Source of the DNA: Streptococcaceae bacterium
Lineage (GTDB): Bacteria > Bacillota > Bacilli > Lactobacillales > Streptococcaceae
NCBI GenBank assembly: GCA_031253335.1
Contig: JAIRWF010000027.1
Location: forward strand, 97,077-161,076
DNA: 64,000 nucleotides
Direction of reading: 5' to 3'
Positions 10,797 to 20,140 of this stretch are shown here, one piece after another. The notes beneath the pieces were generated by a model. It did no database searches, was not told where the DNA came from, and worked only from the letters and a program-made list of their open reading frames with translations. The number at the start of each line of letters is the position of its first letter. Position 1 is the first letter of the stretch. The position numbers and the translations under genes were made by a program.

Positions 10797-12392
10797 ATGG
10801 AGAAGCACTGGTGGCACGGCGTCACGATGTATCAGATTTATCCACGGAGTTTCCAGGATAGTAATGGCGATGGGATTGGCGATATTCCAGGGATTATCTC
10901 ACGCTTGGATTATTTGCAGGAGCTGGGAATTGGCGGAATATGGCTTTCGCCCGTCTATGCAAGCCCCATGGTGGACAACGGCTATGATATCAGTGACTAC
11001 GAAGCGATTGCACCTGAATACGGTACAATGGCGGATATGGAACGCTTGATTGCTGAAGCGGACAAACGTGGGATTAAGATTGTCATGGATTTGGTCGTCA
11101 ATCACACGTCCGATGAACATGCATGGTTTGTGGAATCCAGAAGCTCCAAGGATTCTGAAAAACGTGATTTTTATATTTGGCGCGACGAAGCAACGGATAT
11201 TCGCTCGGGTTTTACTGGCGATTTTCCAGGCTCCGCTTGGCAACTGGATGAAACGACGGGACAGTATTATTTGCATATTTTTGCGCCAAAGCAACCCGAT
11301 CTGAATTGGGCGAATGAGAAAGTGCGAAAAGCTGTCTATGACATGATGAATTTCTGGGTGGATAAAGGCATTGGCGGCTTTCGAATGGACGTCATTTCCC
11401 TGATTGGTAAGGATATTGACCAGCTCATTACAGATGATGGACCGATGCTCCACCCTTATCTGAAAGAAATGAATGCGGCTGCCCTTGCGGGGCATGATTT
11501 ATTGGCCGTTGGGGAGACTTGGTCTGCGACCCCAGAGCGCGCAAAAATGTACTCTGCCCCTGCCTCCAAAGAACTTTCCATGGTTTTCCAATTCGAGCAC
11601 ATCACGGCGATGTGGGAAAACGGCAACAAATGGTTGGGGAATCACTTTGACGTGGCAAAATTCAAGACCATCATGGCCAAATGGCAGACAGAGCTTGGCT
11701 TAGAAGACGGTTGGAATTCTCTTTTCTGGGATAATCATGACTTACCACGTGTGGTATCAGCTTTTGGAAATGACAAAGACTACCGGGTCGAGTCCGCGAC
11801 GGCGCTCGCGATTGCTTTGCATGGCTTACGCGGGACACCTTATATTTACCAAGGTGAAGAAATCGGCATGACGAATTTCGATTTTCAATCTGAAGCGCAA
11901 ATTGATGATGTCGAAGAAAAAGCGCATATTCAAAACGTCCTGCGGGAAGGTGGAAGCGTTGAGGATGCTTTGGCGGATATCCGCACAGTTGGCCGTGACA
12001 ATGCACGGACGCCGATGCAATGGGATACGACTGAAAATTCAGGCTTTACAAATGGGAAGTCGTGGCTTGCGGTGAATCCGAATTACAAAGAAATTAATGC
12101 TGCTGCCCGCGGCCCGATTTTTGAGATATATCAGCAGTTAATTGCGCTGCGCAAAGCAGAAGACTGGGTAAAATTTGGAGAATTTGAGTTGCTAGACTCG
12201 CCAGAGAATGTCTTTGCGTATTTGCGTAGCTCTGAAAATAGGCACTATCTCATCGTTGCGAATTTATCGGATCAGGTAAATCATTTTTCTTCTGAGTGGG
12301 CAGAAGTGAAGGCGATTATAGGCGATGCACCAATCAATCTGAAAGACCTCACGCTGACGCCTTGGCAAGCATTTATAGTGGAAGTTTCCTAA
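10797..12392 (+). CDS. dexB: GH13 glucan 1,6-alpha-glucosidase / oligo-1,6-glucosidase
   Basis: YQIYPRSFQDSNGDGIGD, QPDLNW, GFRMDVI, NHDLPR, GRDNARTPMQW. Confidence 0.9.
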   Translation: MEKHWWHGVTMYQIYPRSFQDSNGDGIGDIPGIISRLDYLQELGIGGIWLSPVYASPMVDNGYDISDYEAIAPEYGTMADMERLIAEADKRGIKIVMDLVVNHTSDEHAWFVESRSSKDSEKRDFYIWRDEATDIRSGFTGDFPGSAWQLDETTGQYYLHIFAPKQPDLNWANEKVRKAVYDMMNFWVDKGIGGFRMDVISLIGKDIDQLITDDGPMLHPYLKEMNAAALAGHDLLAVGETWSATPERAKMYSAPASKELSMVFQFEHITAMWENGNKWLGNHFDVAKFKTIMAKWQTELGLEDGWNSLFWDNHDLPRVVSAFGNDKDYRVESATALAIALHGLRGTPYIYQGEEIGMTNFDFQSEAQIDDVEEKAHIQNVLREGGSVEDALADIRTVGRDNARTPMQWDTTENSGFTNGKSWLAVNPNYKEINAAARGPIFEIYQQLIALRKAEDWVKFGEFELLDSPENVFAYLRSSENRHYLIVANLSDQVNHFSSEWAEVKAIIGDAPINLKDLTLTPWQAFIVEVS

Positions 12393-12479
12393 AAGTAGCC
12401 TGTCTTGACAGGCTTTTTAATATTGAAAAATCAAGGAAATGAGTGTAAAATAAAGACGTAAAAGTTTTAGGAGGCTCTT

Positions 12480-12896
12480 ATGTGGCTTGTTTATGCAATT
12501 TTATCTGCTCTTTTTGCTGGGCTGACGGCAATTCTCGTAAAAATCGGTGTATCGGGGATTTCAGCAAATCTCGCAACTGCGATTCGTACAATCGTCGTAC
12601 TCATCATGGCTTGGCTTGTCGTCTTTTTATCGGGGCGTCCAGATTTTACCACCCTCAATAAGAAAAATTTGATTTTCCTAGGGCTTTCTGGCCTCGCTAC
12701 TGGCGCCTCATGGTTGACCTACAATCGTGCCTTGCAACTTGGCCCAGCTTCCAAAGTAATTCCTGTGGATAATTTAAGTGTGGTTATTGGGATGGTGCTA
12801 GCTTTTGTGGTGCTACGTGAACGCGTCACACTCCCTGTCGTCATGGGTGGTGCTTTCATCGCCACAGGAGTCATGGTTATTGCGCTAAATAAATGA
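12480..12896 (+). CDS. EamA/DMT family single-domain transporter
   Basis: LSALFAGLTAILVKIG, LSGLATGASWL..RALQLGPASKVIPVD. Confidence 0.88.
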   Translation: MWLVYAILSALFAGLTAILVKIGVSGISANLATAIRTIVVLIMAWLVVFLSGRPDFTTLNKKNLIFLGLSGLATGASWLTYNRALQLGPASKVIPVDNLSVVIGMVLAFVVLRERVTLPVVMGGAFIATGVMVIALNK

Positions 12897-12959
12897 TGAC
12901 CCATACACTTGCTTTGAAGCTTTCTACATACTTATGATAATTGGATACAAGGAGGATGC

Positions 12960-13250
12960 ATGGTTACAGGAATTTTAATAGTTATTGCACTACTCATCAT
13001 TGCCTTCTACATCTATGCGATGATTAAACGGCGTGACTTAGAGATGCAAATTGAAGCTTTACGTGCGCAGGAAAAAGAGACCAATTTGACAAGCTCAGAA
13101 GATGAAGAAGAGTTTGAAAATACACTTTTTGAGGCTGAGAGGTACTCGCAGTCTTTTCGTTGGGGACTCGCGCAGGAGAGAATCAATCAAGCGCAGGCAA
13201 TATTAGCACATAGTTCCCAAGAAGATTACGCAGGCATTGAACATGACTAA
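12960..13250 (+). CDS. Small membrane-anchored protein resembling the EzrA N-terminus
   Basis: TM + KRR, then FENTLFEAERYSQSFRWGLA similar to EzrA ENxLFEAExYxxxFRFxKA; strong SD AAGGAGG, own promoter and terminator. Confidence 0.7.
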   Translation: MVTGILIVIALLIIAFYIYAMIKRRDLEMQIEALRAQEKETNLTSSEDEEEFENTLFEAERYSQSFRWGLAQERINQAQAILAHSSQEDYAGIEHD

Positions 13251-13284
13251 AGCCCACTTACGGGCTTTTTGTTATACTTAGCCT

Positions 13285-14574
13285 ATGGAGAATTCTCTGA
13301 CGCAACTTTCGACGTGGCCAAAAATCTTACGTTTTGCTCTGCCTGCGATTGCGGAAAATGCGTTGCAAACACTCATGGGTTTCGTAGATGTCTGGCTCGT
13401 TGCACGTGTGTCGCTTGCTGCGGTCTCTGGTGTCTCCTTAGCAAATGGCGTCATGGCAGTCTATCTCGCACTTTTTGTGGCTCTGGGCGCGATTATCTCA
13501 GGACGACTTGCAGGACAATCAAACCTCACGTTTATCGCCTCAAGTCTCAAATTGACAGCTCTCATCAGTGTGATTTTAGGACTTCTGACAGCAATTTTTG
13601 CGCATCCTTTTCTCCAGCTGTTGGGTGCACATTCGGGCGTCCTTAAAGGGGCGACGCTTTATTTGACCTGGATTGGTGGTCTTGTGTTTGTCCTCGCGCT
13701 CATGACGATTTTAGGCGGTATTCTTCGTGCCAAAGGCGATACGAAAACGCCGATGTTCATCACCTTTGGCGCTAATATTCTCAATATTCTTATTTCAGGC
13801 ACTCTGATTTTGATGCTTCATTGGGGCGTTGCGGGGGCCATTACAGGGACCTTGATTGCACGCTTCCTCGCCTGTGTGCTCCTGGTTCTCAAGCTCTATT
13901 CCAGAGGTTTTGCACCGACCCTTGGGCAAATCATTCATGTCCCACTTGATGCACAGCTCTTCAAGCAATCCCTTCCTGCCATGGGCGAACGCCTAGCCAT
14001 GCGGGCTGGAGATCTTATTGTGATGGCCTTGATTATTACTTTTAGCCCTTCGATTTTTGCGGGGAATGCCATTGGCGAGACCCTGACGAGCTTTAATTAT
14101 GCACCCCTATTCGGACTTGCTTCGATTACGGTCATCCTCGTTGGTCAGCAGCTCAAGCAAAATAACCCGAAGGCAATCAAGCGTGACGTGCATATCACCT
14201 ACTGGCTTTCAAGCTTTGCAACGCTTGCTATCGGGGCAATCGTCTGGGGACTATCTTCTTTCCTTAATCCTTTATTTACGACAAATGCCATCGCCCAGCA
14301 AGCAAGCACACTCGTGATCATCATTGTTTTTGCTTCGAGTTTTCTTTTTGCAGGCACCGTGACTTACACCGCTGCTTTTCAAGGCCTCGGCAAAGCGCAA
14401 CTTCCTTTTATCGCAACGCTTATTGGGATGTTTGTGGTACGCATTGGAGGAGGTTTTTTCTTGGGTCATACGCTAAATCTCCAACTGCTTGGTGTCCAAC
14501 TTGCTATTGTGCTGGATAATGTCTGGCGCTTCGGCTTTCTCGCTTTTCGTTTTAGAAAGGAAGTGCAATGGTAA
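13285..14574 (+). CDS. MATE family efflux transporter
   Basis: ILRFALPAIAEN, GILRAKGDTKTPM, WGVAGA; ~12 TM. Confidence 0.92.
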   Translation: MENSLTQLSTWPKILRFALPAIAENALQTLMGFVDVWLVARVSLAAVSGVSLANGVMAVYLALFVALGAIISGRLAGQSNLTFIASSLKLTALISVILGLLTAIFAHPFLQLLGAHSGVLKGATLYLTWIGGLVFVLALMTILGGILRAKGDTKTPMFITFGANILNILISGTLILMLHWGVAGAITGTLIARFLACVLLVLKLYSRGFAPTLGQIIHVPLDAQLFKQSLPAMGERLAMRAGDLIVMALIITFSPSIFAGNAIGETLTSFNYAPLFGLASITVILVGQQLKQNNPKAIKRDVHITYWLSSFATLAIGAIVWGLSSFLNPLFTTNAIAQQASTLVIIIVFASSFLFAGTVTYTAAFQGLGKAQLPFIATLIGMFVVRIGGGFFLGHTLNLQLLGVQLAIVLDNVWRFGFLAFRFRKEVQW

Positions 14575-15473
14575 TACTCTGGATCATTCTTGCGCTCATC
14601 CCCTTTTATGGTTTGATTCTCCCTTATTTTTTGATGCTGATTGCGCAGCACAAATGGCGTTTTCTCGTGGTCGGTGCACCAAAACCAGGCGAGATTCATT
14701 ATGAAGCGTCGCAAAGCTATCTCAAAGCGCCCAAAGAAATCTGGGAAATCCATCGAGAGAAATGGACGCTCTATGGTGATTATCTGCCCGCAGAGATTCC
14801 GACGCACAAAACGATCCTTATGGCTAATGGCTATCACAGCACACGAGCAACTTTTTCACCACATGCCTGGCTTTTTCATCGTCTTGGTTACAATGTCTTA
14901 AATCCAGAGCACTTTGGGGATACAGAAGCGCAGGGACATTACGTGGGCTTTGGCTGGCCGGACCGTGCGGACTATAAAGCTTGGCTGCAGCTTATTTTGC
15001 AAAAGGATCCGGAAGCTGAAATGGTCATGTATGGCGTTTCCATGGGGGCGGCGAGTAGTCTCATGCTCTCAGGCGAACCGGATTTACCTCAAGCACTCCA
15101 TGCCTTCATTGCAGATTGTGGCTATACGAGTCTGTGGGATGAAATGGCGCACCAAATCACGCAGCTCTATCATATCCCCACAACTTGGCCACTTTTACCT
15201 ATGATGAGCTTTTACAGTAAGTTGTTTGTAGGTTATGGCTACAAAGAAGCCTCCTCACTCGTACAAGTACCTAAGAATACACGCCCCATCCTTTTAATCC
15301 ACGGGGCGAAAGACAATTTCGTCCCCTTTTGGATGCTGGATAAGATTGCGCAAGCGATTGTATCGGAAAAACAAGTCGAAGTGTTTCAAGAAGCAGGGCA
15401 TGCCATGAGCTTCTGGAGTGAGCCTGAACGCTATGAAAACAGCATTCGAGATTTTTTGAAAAAGAAGCTGTAA
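14568..15473 (+). CDS. Membrane-anchored alpha/beta hydrolase
   Basis: GVSMG nucleophile elbow, IADCGY, LLIHGAKD, AGHA. Confidence 0.9.
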   Translation: MVILWIILALIPFYGLILPYFLMLIAQHKWRFLVVGAPKPGEIHYEASQSYLKAPKEIWEIHREKWTLYGDYLPAEIPTHKTILMANGYHSTRATFSPHAWLFHRLGYNVLNPEHFGDTEAQGHYVGFGWPDRADYKAWLQLILQKDPEAEMVMYGVSMGAASSLMLSGEPDLPQALHAFIADCGYTSLWDEMAHQITQLYHIPTTWPLLPMMSFYSKLFVGYGYKEASSLVQVPKNTRPILLIHGAKDNFVPFWMLDKIAQAIVSEKQVEVFQEAGHAMSFWSEPERYENSIRDFLKKKL

Positions 15474-15536
15474 ATTGTCAGAAAATATCAGACATTTCTT
15501 GACAGACACCTGAAAATAGGCTATAATACGGACATT

Positions 15537-16622
15537 ATGACGAAAGAAAAATACAATGTTGCGGTCGTCGGCGCAACAGGTGCTGTAGGCACACGCATGT
15601 TGGAGCAACTTTATGCCTCAAAAATCCCATATGATAAAGTGGTTGCTTTGGCGTCTGCCCGCTCAGTTGGCAAGAAGGTTTCCTTTGGCAGCGCAGAATT
15701 AACTGTCGAAGAACTCACGGAAGATAGCTTTGAAGACATTGACATTGCGCTCTTTTCAGCAGGGGGCTCTGTTTCCAAGAAATTTGCACCTTATGCTGTG
15801 AAAGCTGGCGCGGTAGTCGTGGATAACACGAGCTATTTCCGCCAAAATCCAAACGTTCCTCTGGTTGTTCCTGAGGTCAACGCGCATGCGTTAGATGCCC
15901 ACAATGGGATTATTGCATGTCCCAATTGCTCGACCATTCAGATGATGTTACCACTTGAGGCAGTGCGGCGTGTTTATGGGCTCAAGCGCGTGATTGTCTC
16001 GACCTATCAAGCGATTGGTGGTGCGGGACAACAAGCCATGCTTGAAGCTGACCGCGAGCTTCGTGAAGTCCTCAACGACGGCGTGAAACCAACAGACCTG
16101 CACGCAGACATCTTGCCATGTAAAGGCGATAAAAAGCACTTCCCGATTGCCTACAATGCCCTCGCACAAATCGACGTCTTTACAGACAACGACTACACTT
16201 ACGAAGAAATGAAAATGACCCATGAGACGAAGAAAATCATGGAAGACGAGAGTATTGCAGTCTCTGCGACTTGCGTACGTATTCCTGTCCTGATTGGTCA
16301 CTCAGAGTCGGTCTATATCGAGACGGAGAAAGTTGCGCCGATTGACGATGTAAAGCGCCTGATTGCCGAATTCCCTGGCACCGTTTTGCAAGATGACGTG
16401 GCGAACCAAGTCTATCCTCAAGCGATTGAAGCCGTCGGGAAACGTGAAACTTTCGTCGGCCGCATTCGTCGCGACCTCGACGTCGAAAATGGCATCCACA
16501 TGTGGGTTGTCGCAGATAATCTCTTGAAAGGCGCAGCCTGGAATTCGGTTCAAATCGCCGAAAGCCTGATTGAACGCGATCAAGTTCATGCGACTACTGA
16601 AATGAAGTTTGAGCTAATTTAA
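15537..16622 (+). CDS. asd: Aspartate-semialdehyde dehydrogenase
   Basis: [33 protein letters not shown]; promoter TTGACA(15499)-17-TATAAT(15522). Confidence 0.97.
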   Translation: MTKEKYNVAVVGATGAVGTRMLEQLYASKIPYDKVVALASARSVGKKVSFGSAELTVEELTEDSFEDIDIALFSAGGSVSKKFAPYAVKAGAVVVDNTSYFRQNPNVPLVVPEVNAHALDAHNGIIACPNCSTIQMMLPLEAVRRVYGLKRVIVSTYQAIGGAGQQAMLEADRELREVLNDGVKPTDLHADILPCKGDKKHFPIAYNALAQIDVFTDNDYTYEEMKMTHETKKIMEDESIAVSATCVRIPVLIGHSESVYIETEKVAPIDDVKRLIAEFPGTVLQDDVANQVYPQAIEAVGKRETFVGRIRRDLDVENGIHMWVVADNLLKGAAWNSVQIAESLIERDQVHATTEMKFELI

Positions 16623-16624
16623 CC

Positions 16625-17524
16625 ATGACAAAATTATCTGAAACAATCGCAAAGCTCCAAAAAGCAGAGATTATTACTGCTCTGATTACGCCCTTTAAGG
16701 AAAATGGCGACATCCATTTCGATGCCTACCCAAAGCTTATTGAATACCTCTTGGCGCACCATACTGAAGGGCTCATTTTAGCGGGGACAACAGCAGAAAG
16801 TCCCACACTCACACATGATGAGGAACTTGAGATTTTTGCCTATGTCAATAAACTCGTGGCTGGGCGGGTGCCACTCATTGCGGGCGTGGGGACGAATGAT
16901 ACACGGGATTCTGTGGCTTTTGTTAAAGAAGTCGCAGCTTTAGGCTACATTGATGCAGGTCTTGCAGTCACCCCTTATTACAATAAACCTTCACAAGAAG
17001 GTGTCTATCAGCATTTTAAGGCGATTGCTGAAGCGAGTGAGTTACCGATTATCGTCTATAATATTCCGGGGCGTGTTGTGACGAAGATTGAGCCAGAGAC
17101 GATAGTTCGCTTGGCACAGTTACCAAATATTATCGCGGTAAAAGAATGCACGACGGTTGAAAATATCTCTGAGATTATTGAAAAAGCACCAGCAGACTTC
17201 ATGGTTTATACGGGAGAAGATGCGCAGGCCTTTCATGCAAAAGCATTGGGCGCACAAGGGGTTGTCTCTGTGGCAAGTCACATCTTAGGTAATGAGATTT
17301 TTGCGATGTACGAAGATTTGGAAAATGGGGATATTAAGGGGGCTGCAGCGATTCAGCGCGTGATTAGTCCCAAGATGAATGCGTTGTTTAGTTTCCCAAG
17401 TCCTGCGCCGATTAAAGCAGTGCTTAATGCGCGTGGCTTTGAGGCGGGACCATGTCGCTTGCCTTTAGTAGCTGCGACAAGTGAAGAAGCGCACAGTGTG
17501 ATTGAAATATTTGATGAAAAATGA
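16625..17524 (+). CDS. dapA: 4-hydroxy-tetrahydrodipicolinate synthase
   Basis: [33 protein letters not shown]. Confidence 0.96.
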   Translation: MTKLSETIAKLQKAEIITALITPFKENGDIHFDAYPKLIEYLLAHHTEGLILAGTTAESPTLTHDEELEIFAYVNKLVAGRVPLIAGVGTNDTRDSVAFVKEVAALGYIDAGLAVTPYYNKPSQEGVYQHFKAIAEASELPIIVYNIPGRVVTKIEPETIVRLAQLPNIIAVKECTTVENISEIIEKAPADFMVYTGEDAQAFHAKALGAQGVVSVASHILGNEIFAMYEDLENGDIKGAAAIQRVISPKMNALFSFPSPAPIKAVLNARGFEAGPCRLPLVAATSEEAHSVIEIFDEK

Positions 17525-17662
17525 TATACTCTAAGGAGTGTATTTCAGTGGAAGCTGGAGACAGCTTCTTTCTTTTTTCTTGGAGGAGACGCTACTATAC
17601 GAGCGAACCAGGGATGATAACATGATTAAAACTCGTTTAAACGAGCAGAAAGGTTTTTTACA

Positions 17663-19381
17663 ATGGCAAAAATACAAGTAGCGGCGCTTGGAGGTGTCCG
17701 TGAGTTTGGTAAGAATATGTATCTTGTGGAGATTGATGAAACAATTTTCGTGCTGGATGCAGGTTTGAAATATCCTGAGAACTCCATGCTGGGTGTGGAT
17801 TTTGTGATTCCTGAGATGACTTATCTTGTGGAGAATGCTGAGCGCATTGCGGGTGTTTTCTTGACACACGGGCATGCGGATTCGATTGGAGCTTTGCCTT
17901 ATCTGATTGCTGAGGTTGGAGATGTGCCTGTTTTTGGGAGTGAGCTCACAGTGGAACTTGCAAAACTCAATACGCGGGCCTATGAGGACTCTAAAAAGTT
18001 TGATGATTTCCATGTCGTTGATGAAAAGACAGAGATTGACTTTGGTCAGGTTGTGATTTCATTTTTCCCAACAACGCATACGATTCCTGAGTCCTTGGGA
18101 ATTGTTTTGACGACGAAAGACGGGAGTATTGTCTATACGGGCGATTTTCGTTTTGATCCAGCGGTTGAAAAAGGCTATAAGACAGATATGAGTCGTTTGG
18201 CAGAAATTGGGCGTCAAGGTGTACTAGCGCTTCTCGCTGCTTCGGCAAATGCCCTTGCGACAGAGCAATCGGCGAGTGAATCTCAGATTTATGAGAAAAT
18301 CTATGATACGGTCGATGACTGGGAAGGGCGCGTCATCGCGGCTTCAAACTCAGGGAATATTGGGCGTATTCAGCAGTTGGTGGATGTGGCGGAAGCCCTA
18401 GGTCGACGTGTAGCCTTTACGGGCGAAGACATGGAGCAGATTGTTGAGACAGCCCAGCGTTTGAAGAAGCTCCATATTGCGGATAAACATCTGCTAGTGA
18501 GTCCAAAAGAGATTGATAAAATCCCTGATCAAGAGTTGTTAATCATCGAAACAGGTCGGATGGGTGAGCCGTTGGAGGCCTTGATGAAGATGGCTTCACG
18601 ACATCATCACCATGTGAAGATAAAAGATGGGGATTTGGTCTTTAGCGTGACATCGCCATCGGTTGCTTTCGAGACAAAAGTGGCTCGAACGACAGATGCG
18701 ATTTACCGCGCGGGGGGCGTAATGAAAACGCTAGGCAAGGATTTGCGTGTGTCTGGGCATGCCAATGGGCGCGATTTGCAATTTATGCTGGATATTTTGC
18801 GACCAAAAAACTTGATTCCTGTACAAGGAGAATATCGCGAGCTCAAGGCTCATGCGGACTTGGCGATGGAAGTGGGGATGTTACCAGAGCACATCTTTAT
18901 TGCAAAACGTGGCGAAATGGTGAGCTTTAAAGATGGTGATTTGCAACCCAACGGGACGATTCCCGCGGACAATGTGATGATTGATGGCTCAGGTGTCGGA
19001 GATATTGGTTCTGTTGTTTTGCGTGATCGCAAGGTCTTGTCTGAAGATGGGATTTTCATTGCCGTGATTACCATTAGCCGCCAGAAAAATAAGATTGTAG
19101 CGAAAGCACGTGTGCACACGAAGGGTTTTGTCTTTATCAAGTCGTCGCGCAATCTGATCAATGAAGCAAGCGAGCTTGTGAATACAACAACGGCAGCTTA
19201 TCTGGAAAAAACGGGGCCAAAAGATTTTGATTGGGCAGACATCAAGGGGGAGATACGCGATGCTCTTGGGAAGTTCCTCTATGATCAGACCAAGCGAAAA
19301 CCTGCTGTTTTGCCGATTGTGATGGAGGCAAGAGCACCACAAAATACTTCTGCTGGAAATCATCGAACTAAGAAAAATTGA
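17663..19381 (+). CDS. rnjB: Ribonuclease J (J2-type)
   Basis: LGGVREFGKNM, THGHADSIG, VSGHA, DRKVLSEDG, TKRKPAVLP. Confidence 0.9.
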   Translation: MAKIQVAALGGVREFGKNMYLVEIDETIFVLDAGLKYPENSMLGVDFVIPEMTYLVENAERIAGVFLTHGHADSIGALPYLIAEVGDVPVFGSELTVELAKLNTRAYEDSKKFDDFHVVDEKTEIDFGQVVISFFPTTHTIPESLGIVLTTKDGSIVYTGDFRFDPAVEKGYKTDMSRLAEIGRQGVLALLAASANALATEQSASESQIYEKIYDTVDDWEGRVIAASNSGNIGRIQQLVDVAEALGRRVAFTGEDMEQIVETAQRLKKLHIADKHLLVSPKEIDKIPDQELLIIETGRMGEPLEALMKMASRHHHHVKIKDGDLVFSVTSPSVAFETKVARTTDAIYRAGGVMKTLGKDLRVSGHANGRDLQFMLDILRPKNLIPVQGEYRELKAHADLAMEVGMLPEHIFIAKRGEMVSFKDGDLQPNGTIPADNVMIDGSGVGDIGSVVLRDRKVLSEDGIFIAVITISRQKNKIVAKARVHTKGFVFIKSSRNLINEASELVNTTTAAYLEKTGPKDFDWADIKGEIRDALGKFLYDQTKRKPAVLPIVMEARAPQNTSAGNHRTKKN

Positions 19382-19419
19382 ATTGTAAACTGAGAATCGC
19401 AAGAAATTGCGATTTTTTT

Positions 19420-19446
19420 GTAACAAATGACATTTTTTTGCGAATA
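19420..19446 (+). promoter_or_regulatory. ComX (sigma-X) Com-box promoter of comEA-comEC
   Basis: GTAACAAA-N9-TTTGCGAATA, similar to streptococcal TACGAATA and the lactococcal GTTACAAT-N9-TTTTCGTATA box. Confidence 0.75.
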
Positions 19447-19477
19447 ATAGGGTAAGACTAAATTTTGGAGGTTTCAG

Positions 19478-20140
19478 ATGAATTGGAAAGATATAGTGGA
19501 AGTGCTTCGTGCAAATAAGCTGCGCTATACGATTTTGATTGGGATTGCTGTGATTTTAACGTCGATTTTGATTTTTATGGCATTCACAGGGAAAAAGGCA
19601 CAACCAGATAGCCTGTCAAATTTGACAAGTTTATCTAGCACTCGGACGATAGCCTCGTCAAATCTGACAGAGACTTCTGCAAAATCAGATAAGATTACCG
19701 TTGACCTCAAGGGCGCTGTGAAAAGTCCTGGTGTCTATAAAGTCTCATCAGAAGCGCGCGTGACAGATTTGGTGCAAGCGGCAGGCGGTTTGACGACAGA
19801 AGCAGATCAAAAAGCCATTAATCTTGCAGCCAAACTTACGGATGGGCAAGTGGTCTATGTGGCATCGAAGGGTGAAAATGCACCAGCCGCTGCAACAGCA
19901 GCATCAGCATCTGATACATCCTCAAGTGACGCATCCATCACGACTGACAAAGTCAACATCAACACGGCGGACGTGACACAGCTCCAAACTTTATCCGGTA
20001 TTGGTGCGAAAAAAGCCCAAGACATCATCGACTACCGGACGCAAAATGGCTTGTTTAAGAGTGTGACTGACCTGACCAAAGTCTCGGGCTTTGGTGAAAA
20101 GACGTTGGAACGCTTGAAAGACAGCATCACGGTGGATTGA
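19478..20140 (+). CDS. comEA: Competence DNA receptor ComEA
   Basis: TM, SLBB (VDLKGAVKSPGVY), HhH (VNINTAD..LQTLSGIGAKKAQDIIDYR). Confidence 0.95.
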   Translation: MNWKDIVEVLRANKLRYTILIGIAVILTSILIFMAFTGKKAQPDSLSNLTSLSSTRTIASSNLTETSAKSDKITVDLKGAVKSPGVYKVSSEARVTDLVQAAGGLTTEADQKAINLAAKLTDGQVVYVASKGENAPAAATAASASDTSSSDASITTDKVNINTADVTQLQTLSGIGAKKAQDIIDYRTQNGLFKSVTDLTKVSGFGEKTLERLKDSITVD

